In this document: positions 27,686 through 37,636 of the stretch, piece by piece | How positions within the stretch are numbered: the first letter of the stretch is position 1 | How the letters are laid out: every line of letters starts with the position of its first letter | Origin: Octopus bimaculoides | Lineage: Eukaryota | Direction of reading: 5' to 3' | Assembly: GCF_001194135.2 (NCBI RefSeq) | Contig: NC_068989.1 | Span: forward strand, 69,805,073 to 69,869,072 | DNA: 64,000 bases | Position numbers and translations under genes: made by a program | The notes under the pieces: generated by a model | Told to the model about the DNA's origin: nothing | What the model saw: only the letters and a program-made list of their open reading frames with translations | Database searches by the model: none

Positions 27686-27770
27686 GTAAATCACTTCATT
27701 CTGTTGTTATCAATGTACAATGCTGTTAGGACGGCTATCCAGTTTTAACATATACATCATCACAACCATT

Positions 27771-27998
27771 TTAACCCTTTTAGCATTCGCATTATTCTGT
27801 CAAATGTAATGCTTATTTATTCACATTCTATTGAATTAATCACGCATTATCTTGTAGCTTTGAAATTTCAATGATGTATTTGTTTACTTTTAGAATGAGA
27901 TTGTAGGGTAGGTGTATGGTACTGGATTTGGCCAGTTTGAGCATTAAACAAGTAGAACATTTTGGCCAGATATGGCCAGTTTAAATGCTAATGGCTAA
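27771..27998. mobile_element. MITE family P1 copy 85 nt downstream of the second TRPM exon
   Basis: TTAAcccttttagcatt start and degenerate atgctaatggctaa end; opposite orientation to the 9723 copy. Confidence 0.72.
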
Positions 27999-27999
27999 T

Positions 28000-28430
28000 G
28001 TCTGGTTTTCCATGGGCTTGCATGGGTCAGATGAGATTCATCAAGGCAGATTTTCTATGGCTAGATATTTCTTCCTGCTGCCAACCCTCATCTATTTTCA
28101 AATCGGGTACTATTTCCCTGTGAGCAGACATGTTTTTCACAGTAGACTGGAAACAAATAACATCGCTTATATGATGGTGGCACTCATTTACAACCATCAC
28201 ATTATCAAGAGAAAGGTTCATGCATGCACGCGTGCGTGCACACACACACATACACACACACACACACAAGACAAACTTCTTTCAGTTTTTGTTTACCAAA
28301 TCCACTCACAGGACTTAGTCAGCCTAAGGCTATAGTAGAAGACACTTGTCCAAGGTGTCACTTTGTGAGACTGAACCTAAAACCACATGGTCTGGAAGCA
28401 AGCATCTTTATCACACGGCTACAACTGTGC
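28000..28430 (-). mobile_element. tRNA-derived SINE, head/core H with RTE-type tail B
   Basis: Same head and core as tail-A copies, but the 3' part contains ggaagggcatcc-like and gcatggaaaa.tggac motifs shared with the RTE LINE 3' end. Other copies at about 3050-3470, 20680-21095, 50460-50880, 55350-55810, 56770-57210, 60510-60920 (-) and 53430-53825 (+). Confidence 0.75.
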
Positions 28431-31365
28431 CTATTCTTCAGAATTATGCAATTCAATGCCTAGAATAGAATAATGCGCATAAAATGTGAATGTGACAAAG
28501 AAAAATAGCAGTAAAATTGATATAAAAGGAGATATATTCCATCTGTACACTCCGTTAAACCTATATGCTGCTAAGATTACCCATTACACATTTGTTAAAT
28601 TAATTTAGAAGATGGATTTTAATTATATGGTTTAACCAAATCTTTTTTCTTTTTTAAATCTAAAATGGAATAACTTCCATTTTAATGATGCATCTTTTAC
28701 ATCATTATCCTTCTTGTCATAATTTAACATCTGATTTCCTTGTTGGCATGGGCTGAAGAGTTTGACAGTCTGAGGAGGACTGTTGTGCATCATTGTCTTC
28801 TTTGGCATAGTATCTCTGACTAGATCCCCAACCTAATCCTCTACTTAACACCATCTTTACTAAGTGGATTGAATGTTTTTTTTTCATAGCAACAACACTA
28901 GTAATAAGTGCCTCATAACTTGTAAAGTTGTGGCCCATATAAGTGAAGGAAAATAGAGAAGAGGAATATTTTGTTATCTTCAACCAATTTAGGTGAGTTA
29001 TGAGTGCAAAAGACTTTTCTTTTTTTTTAATACAGATTTTAGAACCATTTTGAAGATATAAATCTACTGATATACTCTCGCATACTAAGACATCTTAAGA
29101 TCCCCTTCTTTTATCATTACTGCTATTACCATCACCATTGTCATTATAGATATGTAATAGATAAAAGATAGAAAGGTGTGTCGTTTATTGTATCCAGTGT
29201 TTGCTCATTATTTTAGGTTCACATCTAACAATTGTTGACTGCATTTTCATCAGAATACATTGGTGCCTACCACTTTTAGTTGTTGTATACCCCTCCCCAT
29301 AAAGAAAAAAAATTAGCAAAAGCACCGACTCCTTCATTTTCCACCCCTTTTATATTTTACTATCTTTTGTCCAAAACTCCCACCGTTGCTAATTATGTCA
29401 ACAAGAACTATTTACTGTTCCAGAAGTCCTTGACTTATGATAAGTACCCTCATTGCTAATGTTTCCATAACCAACAAATTTAAAATCCAGTTACCTGCTA
29501 ATCTATCAAAGATCCACTATACTTCTGTATATTCATTGCTAGCTTTGTATTTTCTCTCCACCACATGTCGAGCAAGACACATACACGGTGTGCAAGCATT
29601 ATAGCATTATAGACTACATTTGTGGAAAACTTGTTATTTGCTATGTGTATCACAGCTGTAACTGTTTATTTGAAACATTTACAAGAATATCATTTCAAAA
29701 ATTCATAACTTTGGTAAAGTGCTTGCCATAGTCTTAAGAATATTGGTGTAAAAGTTAACAAAAACATGAAAAACCAACTATTATTAATTGATTTTAGATA
29801 TAATTCTTCTTCAGCTTGCTATAAATGATAAGGTGTGTTTGGTGAGCTGTGGTTTTTAAGAAAAAAATGTTTGCTATCATTTGCCCTGCAATGATTATTA
29901 GTCCAGCTGCCATGCAAAGCTGCGGACATCGTCTGCTTTTCTTTAATCTCTCGATCAATAAACTTGTTCTTGGTCTAGTATCACTCTTAGTGGTTAGTTC
30001 AGTGATGTGTATTTTAGTTTATTCACATTTCGTCGCATTAGAAGAATATTATGATTGGAAGAAGTTCGTTGCTAAAGTTGTTTACAATTATTGAATTTTT
30101 TTTGTTTTCATTTTAGGTAAAAAAAAAACAAAAAAAACTGAAGTGATATTTAAGTTTGATTTTGTTATTGCTGCACTAATGTTTTCGGAAAATATTAACG
30201 ACAACTTTGTTACCTGATTAGCTGTATGCATTTGTGCTTTGAATTTCCCCCAAAAAAAATTAATAAATAGAATATTGATAATACATAAAAAAATAATAAT
30301 AATAACATCCATTTATATATTTTCAAAAATTGCTATTAATCAATAAAATTCCATTTATTTTATAACAATAAACAAATGAATTATTTTATTATTTTCATAA
30401 ATCATTATTCTTCAAAGGTTTGTCATGTGTTTTTCATGGTATGAATCCAACAAAATTTCTCAAATTCTTCAATTTCTATTGAGTTTCCTTTTTTCCCCGC
30501 TTTCTACTTAAATATCTAGTGTTTTCCTAACTATGATATAATTATATTTAGTTTGTTTTAATTTGCATATTGTAAATTATGTTTTATATTATTAGTAATG
30601 TATGGAAATAATAGAGTATGCAAATAAATTCTGTAAAAACGGCTTATTTTGTTGAGATAATAATTAGGATAACTTTGTACGTGCTTATATGCACTCTGTT
30701 CGTAACAGAGTCAGGTGAATTGTCCTTTATGCTTAGCAAATACTATCACTTAAGTAAATCTGTAATATTCTTCCATGGTCTGAGTGTAACACTAAAACTA
30801 TGGAATCAAATCAGGAACATAATCAATTGTATATATGGTAACACAATGTAAAGCAGTTACATGCTGTAAAATGGTTGGCATTGGGAAGGGCAAACCATGC
30901 CAAAGCTGACATGGAACATAATACAGTTCTGTAGCTCACTGGATCCTGTCAAACCATCCAACCCATGTCAGCATGTTAAATGACAATGATGATGTAAGGC
31001 AATTGACTGATCGATAAATATTTTAAATTAGGTGTGTTAAATAAATTAATGATATATTTATTTTTGAATCACAACTCAGAGGAGCAACTGCTGTACTTTG
31101 TTTAATGGTACCCTGAGTTTAAGTCAAACCACTCTCGTTTTTCACCAATATGAAAATAAGGATGTTAAGAAAGCATATAAAAATTTATTAAAACTTTACC
31201 AGCACAGTAGAATAGTATAGATAAATTATGTTTTCAATTTCATTCCATATTTAAGGTTGCTTATTTCTTTTACAATAAAAATAAACAATTGCAGTGGGGA
31301 AGGTGTTTATAAGCCATTTAAAATAACACAAAAACCGTTAGATTCACTTCAACATTTAAATTTAA

Positions 31366-31414
31366 TTTGTCAAAATATTTTCGTCGCTTTGAGACCACGA
31401 CCTGTTCACTGAAA
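31366..31414 (-). ncRNA. Hammerhead-like motif with G3-C8 core variant
   Basis: Minus strand reads tttca-GUGAACA-g-gtcgt[ggtctcaaa]gcgac-GAAA-atattt-tgacaaa. Palindromic AAAAUAUUUU covers the stem III position. Confidence 0.35.
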
Positions 31415-31649
31415 GATAATAGATAACAACTCCCAAAGTAGATGAGGCAACAAGTGTATAACCTAGAATATAGTTTGCAAAGATGTTCTCTCCTAACATT
31501 GTACCTTCAGTATTACTACCTATATAGAATAAGTTCTCTTATATTTTCTACATTTCACTTGAAAGTAGACCTTCCCTGTCCTCAATGGTGTGATCATTCA
31601 ATCTGAATAAACTGTACATTTTTATTTTGAAAAGTTTGTAAATGCATGA

Positions 31650-33680
31650 ATTTGAATGAGAGTTATTTATCTAGAGAAAAATAATATTTGAATTACAACA
31701 TTAATAAGAAGCAATGTTTGAGTTAAATGTATTGTAGAAGTGGTGTTATGCTTATGTTCTTGTAAGAAATTTCTTTGGTCACATATGTAGTGTGAATGGA
31801 GATTGTTACTGATATAAAAGAAAGAAAATTAACATATTTTATTAGATACCTGGTGACTTCAAGATGCAGTAAATCAATAACTCATTCAATTGAAAATATC
31901 TTATATTAAGACCGGCTGAAACAAGAGTAGACAATAACCAGTGTTCTTGCTCTGGTTGATGACTGCAGAGAAGAAAATGAGAGATTTGAGTTTTGCTTTT
32001 ATAGTCTGTGCATGGCTGAGAGGTTCTGCCTTGTCATTGGTCCAAATGACCAGTGAAGGTTAAGGAATGACTACAAGTTCATCTGGTTACATGAGATGGC
32101 TTTTCATTAACCACTTTCTAGATTTCTTCAAAAAGCAGTAACCGAAAAATATGAAAGCGAAACAAAAAACAGTAATGAAAATCAAACTATCATACAAATA
32201 TACTCAGAGGAGAGAGTGTCATAGATGGTGTGTCACTGAAGAGATTAACAGAGGATCTCCTATGTATACATGTGTAAGATGCAACTGGAGCTTGAATGAT
32301 GTGTGATGTGCAGGTGGGGTGTGCATTATGTTTGTGCAAGTTGCAAGTGGAGTTTACACATGTGCAGACACAAGATGCGAATGATTTCTGCTTGATGTGT
32401 ATGTAAGATGTAAGCAGGTTCTGTCTGAAGTGTGTGCAAGATGCAAGTAGGGTCTATCTAGTGTGTAAGATGTGTAGTCTGCATGTGTGCATCTGCAAAA
32501 TGCAAGTGGGTTCTGCCTGATGTCTGTGCATAATGCCAGTAGAATCTACATGATGTGGGTACAAGATGCAAGTGGGGTCTATATGCATGTGTCTGCTAGA
32601 TGCAAGTGGATTCTATCTGATATACACACACCAGATGCAAGTGGATTGTGCATACACCAAATGCAAGGGAGATTTGTACAAAGTGACTGAGGAATGGTAT
32701 TAGTGTTTTACTGTGAATACAATTAGGGGTTTACTTTCCTTGGAACCACATGTTTTCTGTGAAAGCTGAGTTAGTTTGCAAGCTGAAATAGTTTTCTTAT
32801 AAAGTTCTGTAGTATTAACTGCAGCTGTGAAAGGTGATGTCTATATAAAGATATTGAGGTAATATCATTGAGCTTACCTAGGTTCTTGATATGAGTTCAT
32901 ATTGGTCCCTGTTAGGGATTATCTGAGTCACATGGTGATTACTACTACAGTTGGTACTTCATAGCTCGTCTGTTGTCCTCAGCAAGTTTGCACTATTTCT
33001 AGCTGAAGTGAGAGCCTATAATGTGGGTGTAGAGTGTATCTTGTAATATTATTTTATGAATCGGGAAATTGGGGTTCCATGTGTAAACCAGAAAGGAGTT
33101 AGCTTTATGTTTACAACCAATTGAAATATTGGTGCCATTTGAATCACCATAGTTACAGCAGTAAGTTAGAACATAGATTTGGTAGATGTTATAAGAAAAG
33201 AGACCTGTTTGACTATTACAAATTATTACAAGTCAAGGTTGCTAATGTAGAAAATATGGATACAACAAAACATTATACTTAGGTTCTCTCATATTTTTTA
33301 TGTACCAGTAAAAGGTTGACCTCTATAGGCCTAATTTGTATAATAATTTGCTGTTATTAACCAGCCTGTTTAATTCCAAAAATGTTTTAGGATTGGAGCA
33401 AGAAAAATTTTCAGTTATAACACCCATAAGAAACAATGTTTGAGTTAAAAGTGATGTAGAAGTAGTTGTATTATGAATAAGTTCTAGAAATACTGTTCTT
33501 TTAGATCACATGTGAATGGAAAGCATTGCTGAAATAAGAGACTGGAAATAAACATACTTGGTCAGATACCTTACAGAATTGAGATACAACAAATCAATGT
33601 CTCATTCAACTGAAGCATATCTAGTAATAAAACTAACTGAAACAAAAGTAGACAGTAAAGAGTTTCACCATTTCCTGCTC
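31650..33680. repeat. Old direct duplication: about 31650-31950 and 33390-33680
   Basis: Anchors aagaa(g/a)caatgtttgagttaaa (31706 / 33428) and ctgaaacaa(g/a)agtagaca (31916 / 33637), at offsets of 1722 and 1721. Confidence 0.8.
32262..32685. repeat. Degenerate ~30-bp minisatellite (core caagatgcaagtgg), about a dozen units
   Basis: Recurring (c/t)aagatgcaag(t/c)(g/a)g every 25-35 nt. Confidence 0.8.
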
Positions 33681-33686
33681 TAGAGA

Positions 33687-33764
33687 GAGTCATTCAGCAG
33701 CTATATAGCCATACACTGGCCACTTATGTAGCCAGTGTATGGCTATATAGCTGTTGAATGACTT
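33687..33764. other. Near-perfect inverted repeat, 32-bp core stem and 10-nt loop
   Basis: Arms 33689-33720 and 33731-33762 are reverse complements except at one position, which forms G.U in the + transcript. Confidence 0.95.
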
Positions 33765-35721
33765 CACCTGGTTGCATGAGGGAGGATCACCACATACGTA
33801 ATGATGTACAAAACTACCGTCATTATCATTGTTTTAGCATCCACTTTTTCATGCTTGCGTAGCTCAGGCAGAATTAGTTGGTAAATTATTTTATTGTTGG
33901 ATGCCCGCCCTGTCACCAGCTCTCACCTGTTTCCAAGTTAGCTAAAACAACAGCAATGATAAACAGAACCAATATTTAAGCAATTTTGTAACTAATGTAA
34001 CAACTGCTGCTGATTTTGCACACACTTCAATTGGTCACACTGTCGTGCAGTTGAAGTCTTTTAATTGACATCCACATATCCTACATATTCAAACATCACC
34101 AACCATTGATGAGACGTCTGGTATTTATTGTATGCTTTTTTAAAGTGATTATAGATGTAGACACAGCTTCACAACCACAGGGCTTTGGGTTCAGCCCCCG
34201 TGTAACACCTTGGACAAGTGTCTTCTGCTTTAACTCCAGATTGACTTGTGATTAGTGGTTCTGGTAGAAGGAAATTGAAAGAGTTTATATTTATTCTTTC
34301 GTTATTGGCTGACATCATCAAGAGTTAAATACTAAACTGACTTTTCTTAGAATAATATATTTCTTCATAATACTCTTTTCGTATCTGTTTATTAGAAGTA
34401 TTTTCCTAGTTCGCTTTGAATTTAGCATGTTTTGGATTACCTTGATAATGTGTTAGCATATATTTTTGAATATATTAATTTGACTGGTATTTTATGCCTG
34501 TTTTTTCTGTATCTAAATATTCCGGCACAATAAAAACAATCAGTGGTAATGTATGGTGTAATCACCAATTAAAACTCTGGTTGTCTCCATTCTTATTTGT
34601 GTTATATATATATTAATGTTTGCTTTTATGTTCATTTATAATGAAAACAAAATTACATTAATCTGAAAATAGAGTATAAATTTATTATGCTTTAACAGGA
34701 ATAGTATTGACAGTTTGATGATGGCTTAGCTGGCCAAACCTTTGAAGTCATTCTTAATACTATACTTGTTAAAAGAATAAAATATATATTGTGTGTGTGT
34801 GTGTGTGTACTTGTATACACACACATGTATATGTATGTGTGTATTTGTGACTTCTTGTCTTATGACTGTCGCCTTCATACAAGTGGTACTTTTCATTTTC
34901 AATCTTCTATAAAAATATGTCCAGCTAGGGTTGAATATAAACTTACCTGAAAGCAGGTGAAGGTTAGAAAAGGAGGTGCATCTGACCGCACAAAATCTGC
35001 CTCAACAAGTACCATCTAACCCATGCAAGCATGGAAAAGTTGATATTATTAATAATAATAATAATGATGGTGGTGGTGGTGGCAGTGGCGGCAGTGGTGG
35101 TGGTTCAGGTTAAAATAACTAATTTTGTAAGGTTTTGAATTTTATATGTGTATGAGTGAGTGAGTGTTTTTCTCTTTTGGTCATAAGTTTTGTTAGAATT
35201 GGCATCTGTAAATTTCATAAATCCTATCCAAGCTGTTGAAATTTTTGTACTGAAAATAATGTCATTAGATTCCCAGTTGGAAAATGTTCGCACCTGTATG
35301 TTTTTTTTTATAGTTTTTTTTTTATCAATTACCACACAAATAAAGGTAGATATATATCTACAATATTCCCATACATCCTGGTTTTATTATAGATTCTTCA
35401 TTTAAACCATAATGTTATTATTTTAGCTTATTCCAAAAATGATTAATAACTCCATTCAGAATTATATTCAGTGGAGTGTTCATAAATATATTCTTAGATG
35501 TCATATATTTTGTCATTGCATTCACTTTTACAAAATATTACTTAAATATCTTTTTTTTTTTCTTTTTGTCTTCTTAAAATACTTTTTAGAATTTGCTATT
35601 GAGTAATTAAGACTATTGAATTGTTGATAGTAGAATTTATATATCGTTTGGGGGAGGTAGTATAGAAAAATATCTTGCAAGCAAAAGTGTGTATGCACAC
35701 ATCTTCATACATAGGTAATAC

Positions 35722-35962
35722 AGTTCTCTATGGTGTAGTGGTTAAGAGCACGGGCTACTAACCCCAAGATTCAAAGTTCAATTCCAGGCAGTGACCTGAA
35801 TAATAATAATAATAATAACATCGAAAAATACCTTAGAAATGAGAACCCAGGTTCAAAATTTCCCCAAGACACCTGATGAAGGCTGAAGGGTATGTCAGCC
35901 GAAAAGTGTTAACAACAAACAAGATGAGGACAAATATCCGTCAAATGTAAATAATGTAAATA
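35722..35962 (+). mobile_element. tRNA-derived SINE with a Penelope-like 3' part containing a hammerhead-like core
   Basis: A-box tggtgtagtggtt (35731), B-box-like aaagttcaattcc, (AAT)n, then cctgatgaaggctg...cagccgaaa, and a gtaaataatgtaaat tail. Confidence 0.65.
35868..35910 (+). ncRNA. Degenerate type I hammerhead-ribozyme-like motif
   Basis: Stem I gacac/gtgtt, CUGAUGA (35873-35879), 6-bp stem II ggctga/tcagcc, GAAA (35901-35904). Stem III and the UH site are missing. Confidence 0.45.
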
Positions 35963-36131
35963 GTTACATACATAGGTGTTTCTTCTCAATGAAAATTGCC
36001 TGCTGTTAGATATTGAGTAAATGTCCTTTACTATAACCCAAGGCCAACCAAAGCCTTGTGAGTGGACTTGGTTGAAGGAAACTGAAAGAAGCCTGTCATG
36101 TGTAGGTGTTTGTATATGTATGTATGTACAT

Positions 36132-37636
36132 ATCATCATCATCATCATCGTTTAACGTCCGCTTTCCATGCTAGCATGGGTTGGACGATTTGACTGAGGA
36201 CTGGTGAAACCGGATGGCAACACCAGGCTCCAGTCTGATTTGGCAGAGTTTCTACAGCTGGATGCCCTTCCTAACGCCAACCACTCAGAGTGTGTAGTGG
36301 GTGCTTTTACGTGTCACCCGCACGAAAACGGCCACGCTCGAAATGGTGTCTTTTATGCGCCNNNNNNNNNNNNNNNNNNNNNNNNNNNNNNNNNNNNNNN
36401 NNNNNNNNNNNNNNNNNNNNNNNNNNNNNNNNNNNNNNNNNNNNNNNNNNNNNNNNNNNNNNNNNNNNNNNNNNNNNNNNNNNNNNNNNNNNNNNNNNNN
36501 NNNNNNNNNNNNNNNNNNNNNNNNNNNNNNNNNNNNNNNNNNNNNNNNNNNNNNNNNNNNNNNNNNNNNNNNNNNNNNNNNNNNNNNNNNNNNNNNNNNN
36601 NNNNNNNNNNNNNNNNNNNNNNNNNNNNNNNNNNNNNNNNNNNNNNNNNNNNNNNNNNNNNNNNNNNNNNNNNNNNNNNNNNNNNNNNNNNNNNNNNNNN
36701 NNNNNNNNNNNNNNNNNNNNNNNNNNNNNNNNNNNNNNNNNNNNNNNNNNNNNNNNNNNNNNNNNNNNNNNNNNNNNNNNNNNNNNNNNNNNNNNNNNNN
36801 NNNNNNNNNNNNNNNNNNNNNNNNNNNNNNNNNNNNNNNNNNNNNNNNNNNNNNNNNNNNNNNNNNNNNNNNNNNNNNNNNNNNNNNNNNNNNNNNNNNN
36901 NNNNNNNNNNNNNNNNNNNNNNNNNNNNNNNNNNNNNNNNNNNNNNNNNNNNNNNNNNNNNNNNNNNNNNNNNNNNNNNNNNNNNNNNNNNNNNNNNNNN
37001 NNNNNNNNNNNNNNNNNNNNNNNNNNNNNNNNNNNNNNNNNNNNNNNNNNNNNNNNNNNNNNNNNNNNNNNNNNNNNNNNNNNNNNNNNNNNNNNNNNNN
37101 NNNNNNNNNNNNNNNNNNNNNNNNNNNNNNNNNNNNNNNNNNNNNNNNNNNNNNNNNNNNNNNNNNNNNNNNNNNNNNNNNNNNNNNNNNNNNNNNNNNN
37201 NNNNNNNNNNNNNNNNNNNNNNNNNNNNNNNNNNNNNNNNNNNNNNNNNNNNNNNNNNNNNNNNNNNNNNNNNNNNNNNNNNNNNNNNNTCCTTTTCTAC
37301 ATACTGAGCAGGGCCATCTACCTGAAGGGGTTTGTGTTTAATCTACCTTCCTACTTATTAGGATTTTGGTTTTAGCTAGGTTGACTCTAAGGCCCTTCAA
37401 TTCTAGACTTTGCTTCCACACCTGAAACTTCTCCTCTAGTTCTGATAGTGACTCCGCAATTAGGGCAAGGTCATCAGCATAGAGGAGCTCCCAGGGGCAA
37501 CCTGTCTTGAACTCCTCTGTGATTGCCTGGAGGACTATGATAAATAAGAGGGGGCTGAGGACGGAACCTTGGTGGACCCCTACCTCTACCCGGAATTCAT
37601 TGCTGTACTCATTTCCAACCCTCACCTTACTGGCAT
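36132..37636 (-). mobile_element. 5'-truncated RTE-clade LINE with reverse transcriptase core; middle lies in an N-gap
   Basis: ORF 37338-37625 has GVHQGSVLSPLLF and YADD. An in-frame TAA is followed by WPCSVCRKG. The 3' end (36132-36361) is the same 3' UTR/(GAT)n tail family as the 45560 element. Confidence 0.9.
36362..37289. other. Largest assembly gap; others at 5986-6196, 11028-11202, 16054-16063, 48205-48477, 50966-51143 and 54852-54861
   Basis: N runs, mostly next to (AT)n microsatellites or inside young repeats. Confidence 1.

Noticed and set aside
29680-30460. CpG-retaining segment that might be a DNA transposon remnant
   Set aside because: No convincing TIRs or transposase motif found by eye.
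33689-33762. Hairpin as a miR-204/211 orthologue
   Set aside because: Neither arm resembles UUCCCUUUGUCAUCCUAUGCCU.
35722-35790. tRNA gene calls for this and other SINE heads
   Set aside because: Only A- and B-box-like parts are present; no complete cloverleaf, and each continues into SINE body.
36204-37375. ORFs of 346-367 aa, and other X-rich ORFs
   Set aside because: They run through N-gaps; the flanks are RTE 3' UTR and antisense RT sequence.
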